From positions 1,547 to 65,546 of the forward strand of contig UQWH01000002.1 of assembly GCA_900544705.1 (NCBI GenBank): DNA of 64,000 bases. Reading direction: 5' to 3'. Source of the stretch: an uncultured Eubacteriales bacterium (GTDB taxonomy: Bacteria > Bacillota > Clostridia > Oscillospirales > Oscillospiraceae). Made by a program: the position numbers and the translations under genes. Shown piece after piece: positions 17,940 through 27,576 of the stretch (its first letter is position 1; every line of letters starts with the position of its first letter). Under the pieces are notes generated by a model. The model was not told where the DNA came from and made no database searches. It was given only the letters and a program-made list of their open reading frames with translations.

Positions 17940-18977
17940 ATGAGCATTGATTTTTCACAGGATTTTGAAGCGCCCATCGTAACAACGAGCTTTACGGCCA
18001 AGGATGAGGGCGAGTTTTCCCTCCGGCCGAAGCGCCTGAGCGAATATAACGGACAGGAAAAGGTCAAGGAGAACCTGGCGGTCTACATTGAGGCGGCGCG
18101 CCGCCGCAGCGAGCCGCTGGATCATGTTCTGCTCTATGGCCCGCCGGGACTGGGCAAGACCACGCTGGCCGGCGTCATCGCCAACGAGATGGGCGTGAAC
18201 ATCCGCATCACCTCCGGCCCGGCGATCGAAAAGGCCGGCGACCTGGCGGCGCTTCTGACGAATCTCTCCGAGGGCGACATCCTTTTTATCGACGAAATTC
18301 ACCGCCTGAACACCTCTGTGGAAGAAATTCTCTATCCCGCGATGGAGGACTTTGCCATTGACATCATCGTCGGCAAGGGGCCTTCGGCCAATTCCATCCG
18401 GCTCGATCTGCCAAAATTCACCCTGATCGGTGCAACGACCCGCGCCGGCCAGCTCTCCGCGCCGCTGCGCGACCGCTTCGGCGTGACCTTCCGGCTGGAA
18501 CTGTATTCTCCGGAGGAGCTCTGCCGCATCGTCACGCGCTCGGCGGCGCTTCTGGGCATGGAGATCGACCCGGGAGGCGCACTGGAGATCGCCTCCCGCA
18601 GCCGCGGCACGCCGCGTATCGCCAACCGGATGCTGCGCCGCGTGCGCGATTTTGCCCAGCTGTACTATGACGGCGTGATCACGCGCGAGGCGGCCGATCT
18701 GGCGCTGGAGCGTCTGGAGGTGGACAAGCTGGGGCTGGATGCGACCGACCGGCGGATGCTCAAGGCCATCATTCAGTTCTACGGCGGCGGCCCGGTCGGA
18801 CTGGAAACGCTTGCCGCGACGATAGGCGAGGAGGCAGTCACGCTGGAGGACGTCTACGAGCCCTATCTCATGCAGATCGGCTTCCTGACGCGCACACCGC
18901 GGGGCCGCTGCGTGACGCAGCTTGCCTATGATCATCTGCATTTGCGCAACCAGAACGAAGAACAACTGACATTTTGA
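17940..18977 (+). CDS. ruvB: Holliday junction DNA helicase RuvB
   Basis: [27 protein letters not shown] and RTPRGR motifs. Confidence 0.97.
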   Translation: MSIDFSQDFEAPIVTTSFTAKDEGEFSLRPKRLSEYNGQEKVKENLAVYIEAARRRSEPLDHVLLYGPPGLGKTTLAGVIANEMGVNIRITSGPAIEKAGDLAALLTNLSEGDILFIDEIHRLNTSVEEILYPAMEDFAIDIIVGKGPSANSIRLDLPKFTLIGATTRAGQLSAPLRDRFGVTFRLELYSPEELCRIVTRSAALLGMEIDPGGALEIASRSRGTPRIANRMLRRVRDFAQLYYDGVITREAADLALERLEVDKLGLDATDRRMLKAIIQFYGGGPVGLETLAATIGEEAVTLEDVYEPYLMQIGFLTRTPRGRCVTQLAYDHLHLRNQNEEQLTF

Positions 18978-19050
18978 CCGAAAACGACGGAAGGAAAATG
19001 TCGAAAACGCACAAATGTTATTTTCTAACGGATTATTTTTTCATCCACTA

Positions 19051-19078
19051 TTGACAAAGCAGTTTAAAATGCTATAAT
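19051..19078 (+). promoter_or_regulatory. Consensus sigmaA promoter with extended -10
   Basis: TTGACA-N16-TATAAT with TGn directly before the -10. Confidence 0.85.
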
Positions 19079-19202
19079 TGAGAAAGCGTTGGCGTTATCA
19101 GTGATACACCGTTCGCAATATGAAACCCTGTGGCATACCATTTTTGCAATTCGCGAAGAGAGTGTCGGGGCAAATCTTTATCATCAAGAGAGGTAAACCA
19201 AA

Positions 19203-19484
19203 ATGTACGAAGACAAGACTTTAGTTTGCAAGGAATGCGGCAATGAGTTCGTGTTCACCGCCGGTGAGCAGGAATTCTATGCGGAGAGAGGCTTCCAGAA
19301 CGAGCCGCAGCGCTGCAAGGCTTGCCGCGACGCTCGCAAGAATGCTGCCCGCAGCCCCAGAGAGTATTACACCGCTGTTTGCGCGAACTGCGGCGGCGAG
19401 GCTCGCGTTCCCTTCGAGCCCAAGACCGATCGTCCGGTCTACTGCAGCGAGTGCTTTGCAAAGATGAGAGAGAACAACGGCTGA
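19203..19484 (+). CDS. Double zinc-ribbon protein (zf-trcl-like + CxxC-x17-CxxC)
   Basis: CKEC..F.FTAGEQEFY..GF.NEP.RCKAC and CANC-x17-CSEC. Confidence 0.9.
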   Translation: MYEDKTLVCKECGNEFVFTAGEQEFYAERGFQNEPQRCKACRDARKNAARSPREYYTAVCANCGGEARVPFEPKTDRPVYCSECFAKMRENNG

Positions 19485-19517
19485 TCCGTTTCTCTGCATA
19501 AAGTCGAAATGTAATAT

Positions 19518-19552
19518 AGTAGGACACTTCCGCGCGGAAGTGTCCTACTTTT
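19518..19552 (+). terminator. Intrinsic terminator
   Basis: AGTAGGACACTTCCG/CGGAAGTGTCCTACT plus T-run. Confidence 0.85.
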
Positions 19553-19603
19553 ACTGTCAGGATTTTGGAAAAACGGCAGCTTTTCTGCCTAAATAGAAAG
19601 AAT

Positions 19604-20938
19604 ATGATAAAAGATTTAACGGTCGGCCCACCGGGGAAGGCGCTCCGGAATTTTTCCCTTCCGCTGCTCGGCGGCGTGATCTTCCAGCAGATGTATAACG
19701 TTGCGGACTCCCTGATCGCTGGAAAAATGATCGGAGAGGATGCGCTTTCGGCAGTCGGCAACGCCTATGAGGTGACGCTGATCTATCTTGCCTTCGCCTT
19801 TGGCTGCAATATCGGCTGCTCCGTCGTGATCTCCCAGCTCTACGGCGCGAAAAGAATCCGGGAGCTGAAATCCGCCGTCAGCACGAATTTCCTTTTCAGC
19901 GGAGCGCTGACGCTGCTTCTGATGGTGCTGGGCTTTCTGCTCATGCCGTCGCTGCTGCGCCTCATCCGCCTTGCGGACTCCATCCGTCCGGCGGCGCTGG
20001 AATATCTGAATATTTACACCGCAGGGCTGCTGTTCCTTTTCTTTTATAACATCTCCAGCGGTATTTTTTCCGCGCTGGGCGACTCGAAAACCCCATTCTG
20101 GTTCCTTGCCTGCTCGTCTACGGCGAATGTGTTCATGGACATTCTCTTTGTCCGCCTGTTTCCGCACCGCGGCGTCGGCGCGGTCGCGTGGGCGACCTTC
20201 CTGTGTCAGGGCGTGAGCTGCATGTTGGCGGTCGTGACGGTGTTCCGCAAGCTGCGCACACTGGAATGTGAGGAAAAGCCAAAGCTGTTCGACCTTGCAA
20301 TTTTGAAGCGGATCATCCGCATTGCGCTCCCGAGCACCTTGCAGCAGTGCTTTGTGTCCTTGGGGAATATCCTGATCCAGAGTATCGTCAATGGCTTTGA
20401 GGGCGCGGTCGTGGCGGGCTATGCCGCCGCGATCAAGGTCAACGGCTTTACGACCACGACGATCTCAACGCTCGGCACGGGCGTTTCCAATTTTACGGCA
20501 CAGAACCTCGGCGCGGGAAAGCCGGATCGCGTCAGGCGCGGTATGAAAAGCGGCCTCGGCCTGATGTGCGCCGTGGCGCTGGTATTCAGCTTGGTGTATG
20601 TGATCTTCCGCACGCCGCTGATCGGCCTGTTTATGAAGGAGAAGGGAAGCGCGGCGCTGGATGTCGGCTGCGAATTTCTGCTGATCGTTGCGCCGTTTTA
20701 TATTCTGGTGGCGATCAAGCTCTGCGCCGACAGCGTGTTCCGCGGCGCGGGCGCGATGACGCTCTTTATGGCGACGACCTTCACGGCGCTGTTTCTGCGC
20801 GTGCTGCTGGCGTTTCTCTTTTCCCACTTCTGGGGCAGCACCGGCATCTGGCTGGCGTGGCCTGTGAGCTGGATGATGTCCTGCTCACTTTCGGCGATCT
20901 TCTATTTCAGCGGCGTCTGGAAAAAGGCGCATCTATAA
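19604..20938 (+). CDS. MATE-family efflux transporter
   Basis: DLTVG, QQMYNVADS, GDSKTP and AQNLGAGK motifs; about 12 TM segments. Confidence 0.92.
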   Translation: MIKDLTVGPPGKALRNFSLPLLGGVIFQQMYNVADSLIAGKMIGEDALSAVGNAYEVTLIYLAFAFGCNIGCSVVISQLYGAKRIRELKSAVSTNFLFSGALTLLLMVLGFLLMPSLLRLIRLADSIRPAALEYLNIYTAGLLFLFFYNISSGIFSALGDSKTPFWFLACSSTANVFMDILFVRLFPHRGVGAVAWATFLCQGVSCMLAVVTVFRKLRTLECEEKPKLFDLAILKRIIRIALPSTLQQCFVSLGNILIQSIVNGFEGAVVAGYAAAIKVNGFTTTTISTLGTGVSNFTAQNLGAGKPDRVRRGMKSGLGLMCAVALVFSLVYVIFRTPLIGLFMKEKGSAALDVGCEFLLIVAPFYILVAIKLCADSVFRGAGAMTLFMATTFTALFLRVLLAFLFSHFWGSTGIWLAWPVSWMMSCSLSAIFYFSGVWKKAHL

Positions 20939-20964
20939 AAGCAGAGTCCGAATAAGAAAACAGA

Positions 20965-21001
20965 AACGCACCCCCGCAGACGTTGTCTGCGGGGGTGCGT
21001 T
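20965..21001. terminator. Bidirectional terminator
   Basis: AACGCACCCCCGCAGAC/GTCTGCGGGGGTGCGTT. Confidence 0.8.
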
Positions 21002-21021
21002 GTTTACAGTTCCTTTGAGAA

Positions 21022-22014
21022 TTATGGAAGCTGATGCAAGACAGATTTGAGTAGCTCCCAGTCGAATGCGCCCTCCGCGACAGCGACGCGCGGCCAGGAG
21101 GGAGTAAGGCTTTCTATCTCAATGCCAGAGCTGCCGTAACTCCAAAGATAATTTACCGTGCCGGTCAGACGTGCGAGCGTCCCATTGGGGAGAAGATAAT
21201 AGTGCTGCTCGTGGATTTTCGGTGTATCGTCGTCAGGCTCGAGCCAGTATTCCGTCAGGCAGACGCTTTCCTCCGGCAGCTCCGGGGACAGCGGTGCGCC
21301 GGTATAATCCGGAAAAGCTGCGCTCTGCCCGCGTTCCCCAAACAGTGCGCGGAGCAGAACGAGCGCCTGCGCCCGGTCGAGATCGGCGTGAAGCTCAGCG
21401 CTGCGGAGGCACAGCCGGTAATCCGTGTCGAACCCGGTGTGCCAGCCCCGGTCGTTCGCCGTCAGGGTCTGCGGCGCGGCGTATTTATAGGCAAGCGCAC
21501 TGAGCCGGAAGAAATCCTCGGCAGCGTCCTTCGCGAAAACAGGATATTCCGTGGTGGTTTCGCCGTCCGTAACAGTCAGAATGAGATTGGGAAGGCCTTC
21601 TTCAGTTGAAGAAAACGCGGAATTTTCCAGCAGACCGAGGATGTAGGCGCGATCCTCCGTGTCCGACACGGGTGTGGAATCATAGAAAACGAGTGCGCCG
21701 GTGGACCACTCCTGCCGGAGCCGCAGAATCGGCGCAGCCTCGTCGGAAGGTGTGCCGGAAAGGGGGAAGTCATGCGATAGTTCCTCGCTCTCGCTCGTCG
21801 CCCACCGGAGCTTTACGCTGCGCGTGCCGTCATCCTCCGGCAGAACATTGCCGGAGCAGTCCACGTCCAGAATTTGCCCTGCCTCCGGGAAGGTGAGCTG
21901 CGGCCCACTTTCCGACGGAAGCGAAGCGGCGCTTTCCGAGGGCGCAGGCGCACCGCAAGAGCAGGCGGAGAGCAGCAGCGCCGCCAGAATGGTACAAATC
22001 AAACATTTTTTCAT
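21022..22014 (-). CDS. Hypothetical lipoprotein
   Basis: Lipobox LLSAC, SD GGAGG and its own promoter; no recognisable domain. Confidence 0.65.
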   Translation of the reverse strand: MKKCLICTILAALLLSACSCGAPAPSESAASLPSESGPQLTFPEAGQILDVDCSGNVLPEDDGTRSVKLRWATSESEELSHDFPLSGTPSDEAAPILRLRQEWSTGALVFYDSTPVSDTEDRAYILGLLENSAFSSTEEGLPNLILTVTDGETTTEYPVFAKDAAEDFFRLSALAYKYAAPQTLTANDRGWHTGFDTDYRLCLRSAELHADLDRAQALVLLRALFGERGQSAAFPDYTGAPLSPELPEESVCLTEYWLEPDDDTPKIHEQHYYLLPNGTLARLTGTVNYLWSYGSSGIEIESLTPSWPRVAVAEGAFDWELLKSVLHQLP

Positions 22015-22073
22015 TCAGACACCTCCAACATCACCGTATTCCTGCCAAAACAAACAATCCTTCGTCTGAATCG

Positions 22074-22102
22074 AGTGTAGCATACGCAACGAAAGCTGTC
22101 AA
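22074..22102 (-). promoter_or_regulatory. sigmaA promoter
   Basis: TTGACA-N17-TACACT with TGn extension. Confidence 0.7.
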
Positions 22103-22147
22103 GATATAGAATGGAAAAGAATCGTATAATGATAATTTTCGTGAAAA

Positions 22148-23329
22148 CTATTTTGTGCCGGTGTCCTCCTTCGGGAAAACCGTATCGGCCAGCTTTTCCC
22201 GGCGGGTGAGAAGCGTCTGGTAGATCTCCTCCGGGATGCGGTCATAGTAGTTGCTCTCATAGAGCGCGATGGCATTGTCCATGTTCAGGACGGTGTAGCG
22301 CTGCTTGGCCTCCGGCCCGAAGTCGACCGTCGCAATGGGTGTGTAGCCGACATCCGTCAGGGTGGTAACGCCGCTTGTATGGTCGCGCGTGAATTCCAGA
22401 TTCAGAATGAGGGAGGCGTTGACGCCGCCCTCCTCCGTGGTGCAGTAATCGCCCAGACTGTAGGCAATCACGGCCTCCTTGGAGGAGCCGTCGGAGGCAT
22501 AGACCGTGCGGCGCTCGACCTGCCCGGCGCGGTGAGAATGGGAGCCGATGATCACGTCCACGCCGTTGCGGAGCAGAAGGTCGGCGATCTGCTCCTGCGT
22601 TTTGCTGACCTCGGAGCTGCCCTCGCTGCCCCAGTGCAGGGCGGCGACGATCACGTCCGGCTGGAGGCTGCGGGCCTGCGTCAGCACGGCGGTGATGCCG
22701 TCGGTGTCCACTCGGGTGTAGTTGCCGCTGTAGTCGGTGTAGAGCAGATTCGTGCAGTATTCCGACCCAGCGGGGATGCTCATGCCGTTCAGCCCCTTGG
22801 TGAAGGCGACAAAGGCGATGCGGATGCCGTTGACATCGCGGACGACCACGCGGTTGCCGCTGGCGTCGGATTTGCTGACATAGGTGCCGAGGGCGGTGAG
22901 CCGCTCGCCCTCAATGACGGCTTTGGTGCGCTGGAGCCCCGTCAGTCCGTTCTGAATGCTGTAGGAGTTGGCGGTTTGCAGCAGGTCAAAGCCGGCGTCG
23001 CCGAGCGCGGCGGCCAGCTCGTCGGGATAGCTGCCGCCGGTGTAGGGCGCACCGGCAAAGTTGCCCTCAAAATTGCCCAGTGCGAGATCCGCGGCGGCGA
23101 TGGTATTGACCGTATCTCCGAAGAGAGAAAGAAAGTCGTAGCTTCCGTCCACGCGGTGCAGTGCGGTGAGCATGGCGTCGGTCATGCAGATGTCTCCGAC
23201 GGCGGCCAGCGTGACCTTGCTGCTGCCCTGCGTGGGCTTCTCAGGGAGCTCGGGCGTTTTTGCGCCGCAGCCTGTGAGCAGAGAGAAAAGAAGCAGTACC
23301 GAAAAGATACCGCAGAAAAGTCGTTTCAA
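22148..23329 (-). CDS. CapA/PGA_cap-family metallophosphatase-fold lipoprotein
   Basis: Lipobox LTGC; AAVGD, GNFE, HWG, IIGSHSH and YSLG motifs; TTG start with SD GGAGG. Confidence 0.85.
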   Translation of the reverse strand: MKRLFCGIFSVLLLFSLLTGCGAKTPELPEKPTQGSSKVTLAAVGDICMTDAMLTALHRVDGSYDFLSLFGDTVNTIAAADLALGNFEGNFAGAPYTGGSYPDELAAALGDAGFDLLQTANSYSIQNGLTGLQRTKAVIEGERLTALGTYVSKSDASGNRVVVRDVNGIRIAFVAFTKGLNGMSIPAGSEYCTNLLYTDYSGNYTRVDTDGITAVLTQARSLQPDVIVAALHWGSEGSSEVSKTQEQIADLLLRNGVDVIIGSHSHRAGQVERRTVYASDGSSKEAVIAYSLGDYCTTEEGGVNASLILNLEFTRDHTSGVTTLTDVGYTPIATVDFGPEAKQRYTVLNMDNAIALYESNYYDRIPEEIYQTLLTRREKLADTVFPKEDTGTK

Positions 23330-23468
23330 GAGAAAAACCTCCGGAAAAAGGTATCGTATTTTTTTATTTTACAACAAATCCCGCGTACTTACAAGTTGTT
23401 TTTTCGCGAATTCGGTTGCGATGCCGCGCTTGACGTGCTATACTCTAGAAAACAGAAAGGAGCCTGCC

Positions 23469-24302
23469 ATGGCACAGCGAAGAAAACAAAAAAACTACGG
23501 CTCACCGCTTCTGCGCGGCTTGCTGATCACGCTGCTAGGACTGATCGCGGCGGCGCTGGTCGCCGTTTTGATTTACTGGCGCTTTTTTGGTGTGACGAGC
23601 GGCTCGGACACGCCGCAGATCGCGCTCAATACATACGATGCCGAGGCGTTTTATGAGGAAAACGGCTTCCTCCGTTACCGCGCGATGCGGCATATGGTCG
23701 GCATCGACGTGTCCGAGCACCAGCAGAACGTGGACTGGCAGGCGGTGCGCGACAGCGGTGTGGAATTTGTCATTCTCCGCGTGGGCTACCGCGGCTATAC
23801 GGCCGGCGGCCTGCGTGAGGACGAAACCTTTCAGACCTATTACGACGGCGCGAGCGCGGCCGGGCTGAAGATCGGCGCATACTTTTTCTCTCAGGCGATG
23901 AATGTGCAGGAGGCGCGCGAGGAAGCAAGCTACGCCTGCGAGCTGATCGGAACGCGAAAGCTCGACCTGCCGCTGTTTTACGACTGGGAAACGGTCAGCG
24001 GCTCCGAGCGCATCCCCACGCCGGACGGTCTGCCGCTGACGGACTGCGCCGTGGCCTTCTGCAAGGTCGTGCGCCGCAACGGCTTTGAGGCGGGGGTATA
24101 TTTCAACCAGAGCCTCGGCTACCGCTATTTTGATCTCTCAAAATTACAGGATTACACGCTCTGGCTGGCAGAATACGACACTACGCCGGAATTCCACTAT
24201 CATTTCGACTGCCTGCAATACACGGACACCGGCACGGTGGCCGGCATCGAAGGCGGCGTCGATCTGGATATTCTGTTTTTACCGGAAACCACGTCGGATT
24301 AA
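23469..24302 (+). CDS. Membrane-anchored GH25 muramidase (lysozyme)
   Basis: N-terminal TM; GIDVSEHQ, GAYFFSQA, YDWE (DxE), WLAEY and VDLD motifs. Confidence 0.9.
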   Translation: MAQRRKQKNYGSPLLRGLLITLLGLIAAALVAVLIYWRFFGVTSGSDTPQIALNTYDAEAFYEENGFLRYRAMRHMVGIDVSEHQQNVDWQAVRDSGVEFVILRVGYRGYTAGGLREDETFQTYYDGASAAGLKIGAYFFSQAMNVQEAREEASYACELIGTRKLDLPLFYDWETVSGSERIPTPDGLPLTDCAVAFCKVVRRNGFEAGVYFNQSLGYRYFDLSKLQDYTLWLAEYDTTPEFHYHFDCLQYTDTGTVAGIEGGVDLDILFLPETTSD

Positions 24303-24341
24303 GACGTCTGGGTTCAAATTTTCAGGAAAGGGTGATCTTTT

Positions 24342-24380
24342 ATGAAGCTGTATCGTGTATGGAGGGTGCACGCTTCCTGA
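24342..24380 (+). promoter_or_regulatory. Putative leader peptide MKLYRVWRVHAS with attenuator stems
   Basis: Own SD GAAAGGGTGA; stems GGAGGGT/ACCCTCC versus CCTCCGAA/TTTGGAGG, the latter covering the GNAT SD. Confidence 0.5.
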
Positions 24381-24410
24381 CCCTCCGAATTATTTTTTGG
24401 AGGAAACAAA

Positions 24411-24887
24411 ATGGAACATCAAAGCATTGCCCCTATGGCGGAAAAGACAGAGCTCCCCGTGACTGTCGAGTGCATTACCGACCCGGAGGACGGGCAGCTT
24501 TTGCGGCTGGAAAACGGCTACCTGCTGGAAATCGGAGAAGAGCCCCTGACGGAGGAGAAGCAAAAGCGGCTCTGTGCTGCCATCCGGGAAAGGAAGATCA
24601 CATTCTTTGCCGCAGAACAGGGTGGTCAGGCGGTCGGAATGTGCAGTGTGTCGCGCTGCTGGTCGACCTTTTCCTGCGGTTGGACCGCGGCACTCGAGGA
24701 TTTCTATGTCGAGCCTGCTTTCCGGAAAAAGGGAATTGCCCGGCTGCTTGCCGGGGCGGCGCAGCGCTGGTGCGCGGAGCAGGGCATTGCAAGCCTGACG
24801 GTCTGCTGCGCCCCCTGTGACGAGGGAATGTACCGCGCGCTCGGCTTTTCCGAGCCGCTGGGCAGAACGCTTTCCTGTCTGCCCTGA
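24411..24887 (+). CDS. GNAT-family N-acetyltransferase
   Basis: LEDFYVEPAFRKKGIA (motif A) and MYRALGF (motif B). Confidence 0.85.
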   Translation: MEHQSIAPMAEKTELPVTVECITDPEDGQLLRLENGYLLEIGEEPLTEEKQKRLCAAIRERKITFFAAEQGGQAVGMCSVSRCWSTFSCGWTAALEDFYVEPAFRKKGIARLLAGAAQRWCAEQGIASLTVCCAPCDEGMYRALGFSEPLGRTLSCLP

Positions 24888-24903
24888 AAGATCCGCAAAC
24901 AAC

Positions 24904-24933
24904 ACGCCCCTGCGGAATCTTCCGCAGGGGCGT
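24904..24933. terminator. Bidirectional terminator GNAT / glnS
   Basis: ACGCCCCTGCGGAA/TTCCGCAGGGGCGT. Confidence 0.8.
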
Positions 24934-24953
24934 TTGTTTGTTCCTTTTTCCTT

Positions 24954-26636
24954 TTACTTTGCTTCCGGTTTGTAGCTGTCCTTCAGACTGACGGAACGGT
25001 TGAATACCGGATGCTCCGGGATGGAGTCCTTATCCGGACAGAAGTAGCCGAGCCGCATGAACTGGTAGGCAGCCGGGGCGGCGGCCCTTTCCAGACCGGC
25101 TTCAACCTTGCAGCCGGAGAGAATTTCCAGAGAGTCGGGATTCAGGCAATCAAGGAAGTTCTTGTCTGCGGCGTCCGGCTCCGGGTCGGAGAAGAGGTTG
25201 GAGTACAGGCGGACCTCCGCGTCCACCGCGGTGTGCGCGTCCACCCAGTGGATGGTGGATTTGATCTTGCGGCCGTCGGCGGGGTCGCCGCCGCGGGAGT
25301 CGGGATCGTATTCGCAGAGAACTTCCGTGACCTTGCCGTCCGCGTCCTTGATGCAGCCGGTGCATTTGACGACGTAGGCGCCCTTCAGGCGGACTTCATT
25401 ACCCGGGAAAAGACGGAAGAACTTGCCAACCTTTTCTTCCATAAAGTCGTCCGCTTCGATCCACAGGTCACGGGAGAAGGTGATCTCGCGCGTGCCCATC
25501 TCCGGGTGGTTCGGGTGGTTTTCCACCGTGAAGACCTCGCTCTTTCCCTCCGGATAATTGGTGACGGTCAGGCGCACGGGGTGCAGCACCGCCATGGTGC
25601 GGGTCGCGGTTTCGTTCAGATCCTCACGCAGGCAGTGCTCCAGGAAGGCGTATTCCACCGTGGAAGCGGCCTTGGCCACGCCGATGCGCTCGCAGAAATT
25701 GCGGATGGACTTGGGCGTATAGCCGCGGCGGCGCAGGCCGCAGAGGGTCGGCATCCGCGGATCGTCCCAGCCGGCGACGCGGTGCTCTTCGACAAGCAGG
25801 CGCAGCTTGCGCTTGGACATGACGGTGTAGTTGATGCCCAGACGGGCAAACTCGATCTGCCGGGGCTTTGCGGGCAGGTCGCAGTGCTCAATGACCCAGT
25901 TGTACAGCGGGCGGTGCGCCTCAAATTCCAGAGAGCACAGCGAGTGCGTGATGTGCTCCATGGCGTCCTCAATGGGATGGGCGAAGTCGTACATGGGGTA
26001 GATGCACCACTTGTCGCCGGTGGCGTGGTGGGTCATGTGGTTGATGCGGTAGATCGCCGGGTCGCGCAGGTTGAAGTTGCCGGAGGCAAGGTCGATCTTT
26101 GCGCGCAGGGTCATGGCGCCGTTCGGGAACTCGCCCGCCTTCATGCGGCGGAAGAGATCGAGGGATTCCTCGATCGGACGGTCGCGGTAGGGGCTGCGGG
26201 CGGGGGTGGTCAGGTCGCCGCGGTACTCGCGCATCTGCTCGGGCGTCAGCTCGCAGACGTAGGCAAGCCCCTTCTTGATCAGATCCTCCGCGCACTCGTA
26301 CATTTTGTCAAAATACTGGGAGGCATAGTAGAAGCGGTCGTCCCAGGTGAAGCCCAGCCACTTGATGTCCTCCTTGATGGCATCGACGTATTCCGTGTCC
26401 TCCTTGGTGGGGTTGGTGTCGTCCATGCGGAGATTGCAGATGCCGCCGAACTTTTCCGCCGTGCCGAAGTCGATGCACAGCGCCTTGCAGTGGCCGATGT
26501 GCAGATAGCCGTTCGGTTCGGGCGGGAAACGGGTGTGAACCTGCATTCCCTCAAACTGTCCGCCTTTGGAGATGTCCTCCTCCACAAAGGCTTCGATGAA
26601 ATTCTTGGTTTCCATACGGCTCAGTTCCTCAGCCAT
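24954..26636 (-). CDS. glnS: Glutamine--tRNA ligase
   Basis: TRFPPEPNGYLHIGH, HSLCSLEF, VMSKR and WDDPRMPT motifs. Confidence 0.96.
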   Translation of the reverse strand: MAEELSRMETKNFIEAFVEEDISKGGQFEGMQVHTRFPPEPNGYLHIGHCKALCIDFGTAEKFGGICNLRMDDTNPTKEDTEYVDAIKEDIKWLGFTWDDRFYYASQYFDKMYECAEDLIKKGLAYVCELTPEQMREYRGDLTTPARSPYRDRPIEESLDLFRRMKAGEFPNGAMTLRAKIDLASGNFNLRDPAIYRINHMTHHATGDKWCIYPMYDFAHPIEDAMEHITHSLCSLEFEAHRPLYNWVIEHCDLPAKPRQIEFARLGINYTVMSKRKLRLLVEEHRVAGWDDPRMPTLCGLRRRGYTPKSIRNFCERIGVAKAASTVEYAFLEHCLREDLNETATRTMAVLHPVRLTVTNYPEGKSEVFTVENHPNHPEMGTREITFSRDLWIEADDFMEEKVGKFFRLFPGNEVRLKGAYVVKCTGCIKDADGKVTEVLCEYDPDSRGGDPADGRKIKSTIHWVDAHTAVDAEVRLYSNLFSDPEPDAADKNFLDCLNPDSLEILSGCKVEAGLERAAAPAAYQFMRLGYFCPDKDSIPEHPVFNRSVSLKDSYKPEAK

Positions 26637-26851
26637 AGTGTCCATCCTCTCTGCTACAAAAATTACTGCGCCTATTATATATCAAAATTCCCAAATCTGC
26701 AATGCCGTTTCCGTGCATTTTGACAATTATTCTGCGCAGTGGGGAAGAAAATTGAAAACAATCTGTGAAATCGAGAATTTCTGGTTGTCAATTCGGCGGA
26801 ATTATTATAGAATAAAGACAATGATATTTTGAAAACAAGGAGTGGTATCCC

Positions 26852-27571
26852 ATGAACGAGCCGAAGTATAAGCGCGTCCTGCTGAAGATCAGCGGCGAGG
26901 CGCTTGCCGGCGGCGCCCACAGGGGTTTGGATTTTGATGTGATCGGGAAGGTCTGCGACGTGATCAAGCAGTGCGTCGAGGCCGGCGTGCAGGTCGGCAT
27001 CGTTGTCGGCGGCGGCAATTTCTGGCGCGGCGTCAAAGACGGCGGCGACCGGATGGAGCGCACGCGCGCGGATCATATGGGAATGCTTGCAACGGTCATC
27101 AACTGTCTTGCGCTGGCGGACAGCCTGGAGCAGCGCGGCGTGGAGGTGCGTGTGCAGACCGCCATCGAGATGAGCCGCATCGCCGAGCCCTACATCCGCG
27201 GCAAGGCCATCCGTCATCTGGAAAAGGGCCGCGTCGTGATCTTCGGCTGCGGCACGGGCAATCCCTTCTTCTCCACGGACACCGGCGCGGTGCTGCGCGC
27301 GGCGGAGATCGGCGCGGACGCTATCCTGCTTGCCAAGAACGTCGACGGCGTCTATTCCGACGACCCGGCGAAGAACCCGGATGCGGTGAAGTATGACGAG
27401 ATCACCTATGACGAGGTGCTTGCCAAGCATCTGATGGTGATGGACAGCACGGCAACCTCGCTTTCCATGGACAATCATATCCCCATCATTCTCTTCGCAC
27501 TGAAGAACCCGGAGAACATTCTGCGTGTGGTGATGGGAGAAAAAATCGGAACAGTAGTTAAAGGAGGATAA
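26852..27571 (+). CDS. pyrH: UMP kinase
   Basis: [15 protein letters not shown] and GNPFFSTD motifs. Confidence 0.97.
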   Translation: MNEPKYKRVLLKISGEALAGGAHRGLDFDVIGKVCDVIKQCVEAGVQVGIVVGGGNFWRGVKDGGDRMERTRADHMGMLATVINCLALADSLEQRGVEVRVQTAIEMSRIAEPYIRGKAIRHLEKGRVVIFGCGTGNPFFSTDTGAVLRAAEIGADAILLAKNVDGVYSDDPAKNPDAVKYDEITYDEVLAKHLMVMDSTATSLSMDNHIPIILFALKNPENILRVVMGEKIGTVVKGG

Positions 27572-27576
27572 ATAAA

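Noticed and set aside
20965..24933. Similar GC-rich hairpins at 20965 and 24904 as a REP family
   Set aside because: Only two loosely similar copies, each fully explained as a terminator between convergent genes.
26646..26851. T-box leader for glnS
   Set aside because: No GGTGGNACCGCG T-box sequence or leader terminator; the region is just divergent promoter DNA.
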